A DNA stretch of 64,000 nucleotides from Candidatus Uhrbacteria bacterium (GTDB lineage: Bacteria; Patescibacteriota; Patescibacteriia; UBA9934), in contig JABHCP010000002.1 of the NCBI GenBank assembly GCA_018673485.1, positions 1,502 to 65,501 of the forward strand. The letters are read 5' to 3'. Positions 37,760 through 46,247 of the stretch are shown here, one piece after another. Made by a program: the position numbers and the translations under genes. Positions within the stretch are counted from its first letter, which is position 1; every line of letters starts with the position of its first letter. The notes beneath the pieces are model-generated. The model had not been told where the DNA came from. It was given only the letters and a program-made list of their open reading frames with translations, and searched no databases.

Positions 37760-38185
37760 AAACTATAAGCCGAATTCTGTCCCCGACATAGCTCGTAGAG
37801 CGATGGCAAGGGATAGTCATTTATCTAGAATGATCGTTGCCAATCATTTCAAGCGAGCTACCTAATTTGCTCTTGCACCAGGATGGGTTTACCACGCCAC
37901 TGCGTCACCGCAGGGCGAAATGCGTAGCCTGTTGAGATCATGTGATCTCAGACACCGCATTACTTTTCACGTTTCACTTTGCTTGGCAAAGTTAGTATTG
38001 TCTCTGTGGCACTTTCCCTAAGTTTCATCAGACTGGCAGGAACAGATAATCCAGTTCCTTCCACTCTCATTTATATCTTGGTTGCTGTTAGCAACATCCT
38101 TTTTTCACAACGCGTTACCGCGCAGTGGGTGTTCGGACTTTCCTCATGGCGCAAAGCGCCAAGCGACTATCGGATTTCCTGAACG
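37755..38185 (-). ncRNA. rnpB: RNase P RNA (bacterial type, rnpB)
   Basis: On the minus strand: GAGGAAAGUCCGAACACC (P4 5' strand), GGUAACGCG, GGGAAAGUGCCACAGAGA, and near the 3' end GGGGACAGAAUUCGGCUUAUAG (P4 3' strand); P1 pairing UCAGGAAAU / GUUUCCUGA; not in the ORF track. Confidence 0.7.
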
Positions 38186-38362
38186 GGCAAACGATACCAT
38201 GATTAGCGCAGAATGTCAATGGGGGCAGACGTCAGAACCCAGACGTCAGACTACAGTTTAGTGTTATGACTGGATTCTGACGTCTGTATTCTGGGTTCTG
38301 TAAAAACAGTGATCCCCCGGACGTGGTCCGGGGGATAAGTGGGTCGTAGGGCTCGAGCCGTG

Positions 38363-38866
38363 CTAGTTGTCGCGGCAGTACTCATGCAATGCGGCCTGCA
38401 GATCCGCGACCTTCCGGAGTTTTGACAGGCCAACTCGGCACACACCTGTGCACGTGAACAGGCCTCGATCGCAGAACTCATGGCACCGTTCGGGGATTGC
38501 GAGGCAGAATTCACGCAAGGTCGTGGCTGTGACCATCTTGATCATGGCCGTGGGGTCGAGCGTGGTCATGCGAGCGACCGTCATGAAGGTGCGCTCGATC
38601 TCCGAGTATGCGATCTTGCAGCGCTCGGCGAGCGCGGTGGCTACGGCTGCCGTGACCTGCTCGCCGGTCTTCATGTTGAAGATGATGCTGTGCGAGGGAA
38701 GTGTGCCATCGGGCAGCACATCCTCCAGGTCAGTGAAGTGCACGAGCGCACGCTGGTGGTGCGACTTGAGGCGGCGCCACTGGCGTTGCGGGATGATGTC
38801 GAGGCACGAGTTGGTCGGGCGACCAGGGTTCGCGCTGGTGGGCGAGGAGGGGACAACTGCGGACAT
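38363..38866 (-). CDS. GC-rich (about 62%) hypothetical Cys-rich protein on an island flanked by inverted-repeat elements
   Basis: C-terminal C-x6-C-x3-C-x6-C-x3-C cluster; start codon uncertain (ORF opens inside the right-flank repeat); strong hairpin atcccccggac-gtg-gtccgggggat at 38313-38337. Confidence 0.4.
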   Translation of the reverse strand: MSAVVPSSPTSANPGRPTNSCLDIIPQRQWRRLKSHHQRALVHFTDLEDVLPDGTLPSHSIIFNMKTGEQVTAAVATALAERCKIAYSEIERTFMTVARMTTLDPTAMIKMVTATTLREFCLAIPERCHEFCDRGLFTCTGVCRVGLSKLRKVADLQAALHEYCRDN

Positions 38867-39129
38867 GTGGCAAACTCCTGGGGGAGATATCCGGGTTTCT
38901 GTTTCAGCTTGAGGGCTGCATGGAAGCCAGGCGCAGGTTGCACTTGACCAGAAAAATATAGCAGTGTTGGCGAAGAATGTCAATGAGGACGGTAGAAGAC
39001 GTCAGATGTCAGACTTCAGAACCCAGTTTAAGGTGCTGATGATATGGTCGGTAGGGGTTGTGAATAAAACAAAAGAACCGGTACATGCCGGTTCTAATAT
39101 GGGTTCTGAAGTCTGTATTCTGGGTTCTG

Positions 39130-40110
39130 TTACAATACTACTCCAATCTTTTTCTTCACCTCTACCAACTTTGCTGTTGCTATTTTTTCTGCTGCTACAG
39201 ATCCATTTGCGATGATTCGTTTAAGCTCATCTTTATTCTCTAGTAGCTCTTTCATCTTAGCCTGAATTGGGTCCAGATAGTCACTTAGTGCTGTGGCAAG
39301 GTCGTCCTTGAGATTCTTCATTCCACCTTCGGCGTATTCATGCGCTAGGTCTTCACCTGACTTTCCAGTGCACAAGCTAAATATTGTCAGTAGGTTATAT
39401 AGTCCTTCGCGGCGTTCCTCAAATGTAATTATTTGCTCCGAGTCAGTCACGGCTGATCTGATCTTTTTGTGAACAATCTCGCGCTCGTCCATTAATGAGA
39501 TGTAGCTCTTGGCACTTGCCGCGCTTTTACTCATCTTTTTCTCAGGCTCAGTTAAGGACTTTAATCGGGCGCCGTGCTTTCTAATTATTGGCTTTGGTAT
39601 TACAAATGTTTCACCAAATGTTTTATTGAATCTTTGCCCTATGTCGCGCGTTATCTCAACATGCTGTTTTTGATCATGACCGACAGGCACACCCTCAGCA
39701 TCATATAAAAGAATGTCAGACGCCATCAGAATAGGGTAGGTGAACAAGCCAACAGAAACTGCATCTGCTTTGTCGCCTGATTTATCCTTGAATTGTGTCA
39801 TGCGCTTCATCTCACCCATGTGCGTTTGCGATTGCATGATCCAAGCAAGCTCCGTGTGAGCGCTGATTTGTGATTGTTGGAAGAGTACTGTCTTTGTTGG
39901 ATTGATTCCAGCGGCGAGATAAGCAGCTGCATTGAGCAAGATGCTCTCACTTAGTGTCTCAGGATTCTGAGGTACAGTAATCGAATGATAGTCCGCAATC
40001 ATTATGTAGAGCTCGTGTTCGTCTTGGAGTTCGACAGCAGGAATTAGGGCACCAAATAAGTTGCCGATGTGCAGAACGTTTGTTGGTTGTATTCCAGTTA
40101 GGACGCGCAT
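39130..40110 (-). CDS. trpS: tryptophanyl-tRNA synthetase
   Basis: HIGH-like (NVLHIGNLFGA) and KMSKS motifs. Confidence 0.9.
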   Translation of the reverse strand: MRVLTGIQPTNVLHIGNLFGALIPAVELQDEHELYIMIADYHSITVPQNPETLSESILLNAAAYLAAGINPTKTVLFQQSQISAHTELAWIMQSQTHMGEMKRMTQFKDKSGDKADAVSVGLFTYPILMASDILLYDAEGVPVGHDQKQHVEITRDIGQRFNKTFGETFVIPKPIIRKHGARLKSLTEPEKKMSKSAASAKSYISLMDEREIVHKKIRSAVTDSEQIITFEERREGLYNLLTIFSLCTGKSGEDLAHEYAEGGMKNLKDDLATALSDYLDPIQAKMKELLENKDELKRIIANGSVAAEKIATAKLVEVKKKIGVVL

Positions 40111-40202
40111 AGAAGGGTTTAACTTGTTGAAAATGTCTAAAATGTTTATTTTCGGATCAGTAGGACCAGTGTATTAAGTGTTTAGATTATACCAGAAAAC
40201 AC

Positions 40203-40318
40203 AAAACCCCATACTTTCACCATTTCGAGCAGAACGAGGAATCTTCTTGAGAAGATCTCTCTGCCTGCCGGTAGGCAGGTCCTAGGCGTCGAGATGGTGA
40301 GGGTTAGTGGGGTTTTGT
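40203..40318. repeat. MITE-like repeat (family B copy 3) bounded by 9 bp inverted repeat caaaacccc / ggggttttg
   Basis: Internal ggaatcttcttgagaagatctctc and gcaggtcctaggcgtcgagatgg modules shared with other copies. Confidence 0.6.
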
Positions 40319-40330
40319 TAATCCTTGATT

Positions 40331-42202
40331 TTAGATTTGAATGACAAGCGGGATAATCATTGGTCGACGCTTAGTCTTTTTAAACAGATACTTTCCAACC
40401 GCATCGCGAACTTCTTTCTTAATGTAGTCAGAGTCAGCATTGGATTTAGGATCATCGTCTACCACCGCCTTTTTGATTAACTTGCGGGTTTCTTGGATGA
40501 GCTTCTGGTTATCTTTCATAAAGATAAATCCACGACTAACAATGTCTGCTTGGCCAATCATTCTTCCTGTCTTTTTATCGACTTTTACAACTGGAATGAC
40601 TATGCCGTCTTCTGCGAGTGCCTTTCGGTCACGCAGAACAATTTGAGATACGTCTCCAACACCGAGCCCGTCAACAAAGACGTAGTCAGTATTAGCGCGT
40701 TCCTCTGTTTTGCGAATGTCTCCTTTGCCGTTTCGGCCCTTTCTAAGTTCAATTACTTGGCCATTTTCGCCTAGGATAACATGTTGTTTGTCATATCCGA
40801 GTGAGTAGGCAACTTGTGCATTTGCATGAAGCAAGCTGTAGTTACCTTCAATCGGCATGTAGTATTCAGGTTTTATCAAACTAATAAGTAGTTTAATGTC
40901 TTCCACTTTTCCGTGTCCCCCCGCGTGCACATCCATATTTGCGGAGTTGATAATGTTCGCTCCTTTTTTATATAGAGTATCTTGTAGGCGGAACACAGAA
41001 ACTTCGTTTCCTGGAACAATTGAGCTAGAGAAAATAACGGTATCACCTTCTTTGATTTTGATGTTTTTGTGTTCGTCATTTGCAATCCTGCTTAAGGCTG
41101 CATTTTCTTCTCCTTGTGCTCCAGTACATACCGTTACGATTTTATCATCTGGGTATGTGTTAATTTTTTCAACAGGAATTAATGTTTTATCACTGATGTG
41201 AATAAAGCCTTGCTGACGGGCAATTTCAACGTTGGTTACCATTGATCGCCCATTAATTACAACTTTTTTACCAAGCTGTTCAGATATTTCTAAAATCTGT
41301 TTGACTCGTGAAAGTAGGGAAGCGAATGTTCCGATAATAATTCTACCCTCAGCTTTCTCCATAACGCCTCGTAGCTCTTCACCGATAACCTTTTCTGATG
41401 TCTGGTGTCCGGGCTTGTTAGCGTTGGTTGAGTCACCCATTAGGAGTAGTACGCCCTCGTCACCGAGTCGTGCCATTTTGTGCAAGTCGCCTTGCACATC
41501 TCCTGCGGGGTGGAAATCGAACTTCCAATCTCCAGAGTGAATAATTCGTCCAACTGGAGTGTCCACTACAACAGCGGCGGAATCTGGAATGTTGTGATTC
41601 ATGTGAATGAATGACACTTTAAAGACTCCGAGTTGCAATTTTGTATCAGCTTTAACTTCCTTGATGTTGATCTTTGATTGAGGGTAGTCCTCTTGGCGCT
41701 TTTTAATGATTCCAGCGCTAATCGGCATTGTATAAACTGGTGGGTTACCAATTTTTGGAACAATGTGAGGAATACCTCCAATGTGGTCATAGTGACCGTG
41801 AGTAATTACTACTCCACGGACATTATTTTCCTTACCTTTAAGATAGTCCACGTTTGGAATGATGTAATCAACTCCATGCATGTCTTCTCCTGGGAATTCA
41901 AGACCAAGGTCAATGACCATTATGTCATTTTTGTATTCAATAACTGTGCAATTACGTCCAACTTCTTCGAGTCCACCTAGAACGATTACTCGAACTTCAT
42001 CTCCACCACGTCCTTTAAATACTCGAGTCTTTTGATGTCGTGTATTTTTTCGCGCTGGTGATTTAGATGGTGCGTTTTGCTTTTTCTGTACTTTTTTAGC
42101 GGGTGACTTTTCGTCAACTGTTTTTTCAGTTTGCTTTTTATGTTGAAAAGGCTTGCGACGAGAATTTCGTCCTGTGTTAGTTCGGCGTTTGCTTTGAACC
42201 AT
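40331..42202 (-). CDS. rnj: ribonuclease J (beta-CASP metallo-beta-lactamase RNase) with about 70 aa basic N-terminal extension
   Basis: HGHYDHIGG motif, beta-CASP and C-terminal domains. Confidence 0.85.
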   Translation of the reverse strand: MVQSKRRTNTGRNSRRKPFQHKKQTEKTVDEKSPAKKVQKKQNAPSKSPARKNTRHQKTRVFKGRGGDEVRVIVLGGLEEVGRNCTVIEYKNDIMVIDLGLEFPGEDMHGVDYIIPNVDYLKGKENNVRGVVITHGHYDHIGGIPHIVPKIGNPPVYTMPISAGIIKKRQEDYPQSKINIKEVKADTKLQLGVFKVSFIHMNHNIPDSAAVVVDTPVGRIIHSGDWKFDFHPAGDVQGDLHKMARLGDEGVLLLMGDSTNANKPGHQTSEKVIGEELRGVMEKAEGRIIIGTFASLLSRVKQILEISEQLGKKVVINGRSMVTNVEIARQQGFIHISDKTLIPVEKINTYPDDKIVTVCTGAQGEENAALSRIANDEHKNIKIKEGDTVIFSSSIVPGNEVSVFRLQDTLYKKGANIINSANMDVHAGGHGKVEDIKLLISLIKPEYYMPIEGNYSLLHANAQVAYSLGYDKQHVILGENGQVIELRKGRNGKGDIRKTEERANTDYVFVDGLGVGDVSQIVLRDRKALAEDGIVIPVVKVDKKTGRMIGQADIVSRGFIFMKDNQKLIQETRKLIKKAVVDDDPKSNADSDYIKKEVRDAVGKYLFKKTKRRPMIIPLVIQI

Positions 42203-42456
42203 ATGTTGTTAAATTAACAATAAATAAAATGAATCAAATTGATCGATTGATATCTCGATCCACGTATATGAATACTCGACTATTTAAGGTTTTTAAATAT
42301 ACAAAAAAGAGGCGATTAGTCACATGGTGACGGTCGGGCTGAAAAGATTTTCAAAGGGACACACGTGGGGATCAAGATGAGTATAATAACACAGGGGTGC
42401 AGTATTGTCAAGCATTTAGGCCATCGAGCTAGCTATAGTGTCGTATTTACCAAAAG

Positions 42457-44280
42457 CTACTCGAAGCTTTTTGATGACTTAATATACCATTCATTTACAT
42501 TATTAAATCGATCGGCCGGTACTGAAATTCGTTCATACTCAGCGCCCTTGATTGAGCTTGAAATTGCGTAAGTATAAAGAGGTTGATATAGAAATACGGC
42601 CGGATAATCAGCTAAGGTAATCTCTTGCAGGCTTATTAGATTTGATTCGCGCTTTGATAGATCGGTTGTTTCACGAGCTGTTTCGATGTGAGTATCAGCA
42701 TCTGTATTTTCATACATTGCCAAGTTCAAGCCAGGGTAGTCAGTTTGCGATGAGTGCCAGAATACGTATGGATCAAGATCATTTCCGTATACTTCGCCTG
42801 AGAGCAGGATTTCATAGTTACGATTTACCAATGTATCACTTTGGAACGTAGTAAGATCAACAGTCTCGACTGTTATTTCGATATTTAACTCCTCCCATCT
42901 GTTCTTTAGAAGCTCAGCTACATCAATCAATTCCTGAGTCTCCAAAGTCGTAATGGTGAGTGATAGAGTTTGTTCATCCTTTGTTCTTATGCCTGTTTCA
43001 TCATTTATTGCCCAACCTGCTTCGTCTAAGAATACAGTTGCTGCTTTTTGATCAAATAAAACATCTGATACATTTTCTGAGTACCCGTATGTATCGGGGA
43101 GGACAAAACTCTTTATTGGATTGGCGTATCCAGCAAAAACTTGTTCAACGATCTCTTCTGGGTAAGCTCCATAGCTAAGTGCCTTGCGCACCGCTTCATC
43201 TGCCAAGACATCAGACTCTTCTTGGTTGAAAAACGCGCCAACATACTCATGCATTCCAGTTGTCATTATCGTTGTATGACTTTCATCTTCAAGTGCTAGT
43301 GTTTCTGACATCGGTATATATCCCAAACCTTCTACATTGTGATTTTTCAAAGCTGAGAGAGCCGAGATCAAATCAGAATAAAACTTGAATGTGATCGATT
43401 CGATATATGGGCCATCTGCATAATAATTCGCGAAGCGCTCTACGGTATAACTTCGTATTTCTCCTGTGCGTTCATCTTTTTCAAGCACCTCAAATTTATA
43501 AGGACCAGATCCTATTGGTTTGATGTTAAATTGTGTCAAAACAGCGTTCGAAGGTGTAATTTCCTGCCAAAGGTGTGATGGCAGTATTCCGATATTCAAA
43601 AGTGACATAAACGAAGAAGATGCTTCTTCGAGAGTGAAAAGAACTGTTTTGTCATCAACTTGTGACACGGTGATTCCTTCAAAGCTGGTCGCAAATGGAC
43701 TTCTATATTGTGTGTTTTGAATCGCGCTTATTGTGAAAATCACATCATCAGCTAGTACTGGATTACCGTCGTGCCATTTGGCATTTTCTTGAATTGTAAA
43801 TGTGTACTCTAGTCCATCCTCTGAAACTGAATATGATTGCGCAAGATCCAAGGCTGCGCCTTCGAGTGAGCTGTACTTTGTTAGACCGCTGTATATTAGT
43901 CTTGAGAGATCAGTGTCAACGTCACTGGCGAGCGAGTATAGAGGATTGATTAATTGAGGGGACCCAATGATTCCCTCGGTGTACTCTCCACCAATGGCAG
44001 CTATTGTAGTTTGTTGAGTGCCAACTAATGACCTTACTAGGAATATTCCAGATATTATAATTGCTAGCAGCGCAACACCGGCTATCGTTCGCTCACGTTT
44101 TGACAGTAGCGAAGGGAAGTGTTTGAGTTGTTTGCTGTTGGGAAGTTTTTTGACTTCCTTAACACTCATGACCTGTTGCATGGCCAGATTCTTGTGTGTT
44201 TGTTTTTTTGAAAATAAAGATCGCACTTGCGCAGATACGCGCCCGAGCTTACGTTTGATGTTTTGCATGTGAGTTGACAT
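42457..44280 (-). CDS. ABC transporter substrate-binding protein, family 5 (oligopeptide/dipeptide/nickel type), membrane-anchored
   Basis: SBP_bac_5-like length and motifs (GSGPYKFE); basic N-terminal extension then TM anchor. Confidence 0.7.
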   Translation of the reverse strand: MSTHMQNIKRKLGRVSAQVRSLFSKKQTHKNLAMQQVMSVKEVKKLPNSKQLKHFPSLLSKRERTIAGVALLAIIISGIFLVRSLVGTQQTTIAAIGGEYTEGIIGSPQLINPLYSLASDVDTDLSRLIYSGLTKYSSLEGAALDLAQSYSVSEDGLEYTFTIQENAKWHDGNPVLADDVIFTISAIQNTQYRSPFATSFEGITVSQVDDKTVLFTLEEASSSFMSLLNIGILPSHLWQEITPSNAVLTQFNIKPIGSGPYKFEVLEKDERTGEIRSYTVERFANYYADGPYIESITFKFYSDLISALSALKNHNVEGLGYIPMSETLALEDESHTTIMTTGMHEYVGAFFNQEESDVLADEAVRKALSYGAYPEEIVEQVFAGYANPIKSFVLPDTYGYSENVSDVLFDQKAATVFLDEAGWAINDETGIRTKDEQTLSLTITTLETQELIDVAELLKNRWEELNIEITVETVDLTTFQSDTLVNRNYEILLSGEVYGNDLDPYVFWHSSQTDYPGLNLAMYENTDADTHIETARETTDLSKRESNLISLQEITLADYPAVFLYQPLYTYAISSSIKGAEYERISVPADRFNNVNEWYIKSSKSFE

Positions 44281-44372
44281 GGTGATGGTGTTGGATGGTA
44301 TTTAAAATTTAATTTTGAAATACCACTTTTACTCCCTTCGGCTTTGCCGAAATACCACTTTTACCACTTGTT

Positions 44373-44582
44373 TTAATACAAGACGTTGATAAGTGATACT
44401 GCAAAGAACAATACAGCGATCACAATCGTAGTAATGTGCAATTTTTGTTCAACTCCTCGTCGAGTTGTCTGTACATTGTCGCTTCCTCCAAAAATTGATC
44501 CAAGTCCTGCGTTTTTTGTCTGAATCAGCACAGCGCCGGTCAGTAAAATAGCAAGAGCTAATTGTATAATGTCTAATGTCAT
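44373..44582 (-). CDS. secG: preprotein translocase subunit SecG
   Basis: 69 aa, two TM helices, LIQTKNAGLGSIFGGSD resembles the SecG LLQxGKGxGLGxxFGG motif. Confidence 0.7.
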   Translation of the reverse strand: MTLDIIQLALAILLTGAVLIQTKNAGLGSIFGGSDNVQTTRRGVEQKLHITTIVIAVLFFAVSLINVLY

Positions 44583-44654
44583 ATTGGCAAAATCCTAGCA
44601 ATAAATAGCTTTTACGTCAATGGCTGTAGTATAGCATAGAAGCAGCCCACTTTC

Positions 44655-46160
44655 ATGTTACAATATGGGCATATGAAACGCTTGTCAGTATTATTTATTT
44701 TATTAATTGTTTTTTACGCACTTCCGTCGGCTGCTCAGGCAGCGGATGATGGTTGTAAATGTTTTTGTAGCTCCACTGAAGGTGCGTATCAATACTCAGA
44801 GGATGAAGTGGCCGACATCCTAACATGTCAGGATTTGTGCGACGACTATCTTGGTTGCTACGCGGATAATCCAAACACTGATGACGAAGATGAAAGCCTG
44901 ACACTTCAACCTAAGTACAACACAATGTGTTGGCAGAAGTATGAGTGTATAGAGTCAGAGGAGGGAGAAGTATCTGGTGAGTGGGCTGGTCAGCACCCAA
45001 GTTGTATACCAAACGAGGGGCATTGTTATTCTGAGGCGATACCAGTTACATTGAATATTGCGATTGGAAGTCTTACCGAGGCGACTAGTTTAGGGGAGTA
45101 CATTAATGCTGGTTATAGTTTTGCGTTAGCTGCCGGGTCATTACTAGCAATTGTAATGATAATGCTCGGTGGTATTCAGTACATGCTGGCGCGTGGGAAG
45201 CCAGAAGCAATTGGTAAGGCAAAGAGCAGAATCACAGGCGCGATAACTGGAATAGTGTTGTTGTTCGCGTCATATACTATAGCCAACGTGGTTGATCCAA
45301 GTTTCGCTACTTTTAATAGAGTAGCACCTCCTCGAATAAGAACGGTTGTTTTTCTAGATCCTGATTCAACGTGCGATGCAATGGATGAGGCTGGAATGAC
45401 CATTATACCTTCAACCGGTGCGTGCGGTGATCCTGGCATTGTTACGGACCTCGGAGCTACAGAGACAGGTATTGTTATTGGAGACGAGTGTGTTTATTCC
45501 GGGTGTAGTGATGATCTATCAGTTTGCGTTGGGTCGGTTGAAGCTGAAAGTGGATATGAATGTCAGAGATGTTACCAAGTAGCTGAAAGAGGTGCATATA
45601 CAGGCTCGGAAACATGGGGGTTATCTGATCTACCACCAAGCGATTCACAGTGTTCTCGAATGACACCAGTTGATAATTTTCCAGATGATAATTTGCGTTA
45701 TTACTGTTTGTACAATGAGGATGCAAATTCGGAGTGCGTAGAAGTTTCATATCCTGGAGGAGAGGCGGGTGTTGATTGCGATCGATTGATTGATGACGCA
45801 CGAGCAGCGGATAGTGAAGGTTGTCGAGCATATGATTTATTGGAAATTGGAATCTTCGATTTAGAGCTTCTAGGTTCAGGAGTGGACTATGTGGATATAG
45901 ATGAGTTTAGGAATGACGATTATGAATACGAGGTGTTACAAAAATTTTGCACCGAAGATGTATGCGAGCTCGCTCCAGACGGAGAGGGTTGTGTGATCAG
46001 TGTAGTTGAATATTCAGATGTACCAATGACTATTCTTCCCTCATTAAGTATTGGAGCCGACGATTTATGGGTCAATTGTACAAATACGAGTTCAGAAACG
46101 GGTATGAGTAATTGTTTAGATAAGGATGGAGGAGAGGCCGACTGCCAGTGGAATTGGTAA
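44655..46160 (+). CDS. secreted Cys-rich protein with a central double-TM hairpin (VirB2/TrbC pilin-like topology)
   Basis: Signal peptide; many Cys in both soluble regions; two adjacent TM helices separated by ARGKPEAIGKAKSR loop. Confidence 0.5.
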   Translation: MLQYGHMKRLSVLFILLIVFYALPSAAQAADDGCKCFCSSTEGAYQYSEDEVADILTCQDLCDDYLGCYADNPNTDDEDESLTLQPKYNTMCWQKYECIESEEGEVSGEWAGQHPSCIPNEGHCYSEAIPVTLNIAIGSLTEATSLGEYINAGYSFALAAGSLLAIVMIMLGGIQYMLARGKPEAIGKAKSRITGAITGIVLLFASYTIANVVDPSFATFNRVAPPRIRTVVFLDPDSTCDAMDEAGMTIIPSTGACGDPGIVTDLGATETGIVIGDECVYSGCSDDLSVCVGSVEAESGYECQRCYQVAERGAYTGSETWGLSDLPPSDSQCSRMTPVDNFPDDNLRYYCLYNEDANSECVEVSYPGGEAGVDCDRLIDDARAADSEGCRAYDLLEIGIFDLELLGSGVDYVDIDEFRNDDYEYEVLQKFCTEDVCELAPDGEGCVISVVEYSDVPMTILPSLSIGADDLWVNCTNTSSETGMSNCLDKDGGEADCQWNW

Positions 46161-46247
46161 TGGCTGAATAGAAAGTATAAAGTACAAAGTTTAAAGTAGA
46201 TTTTAGAACCGGCGTATGTCGGTTCTTTTGGTCGTCACCCCAGAGCC

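Noticed and set aside
38367-38947. Plus-strand ORFs (181 and 155 aa) in the rnpB-adjacent island
   Set aside because: They are antisense shadow ORFs that are R/A/G-rich. The minus-strand ORF has the more protein-like composition and the Cys motif.
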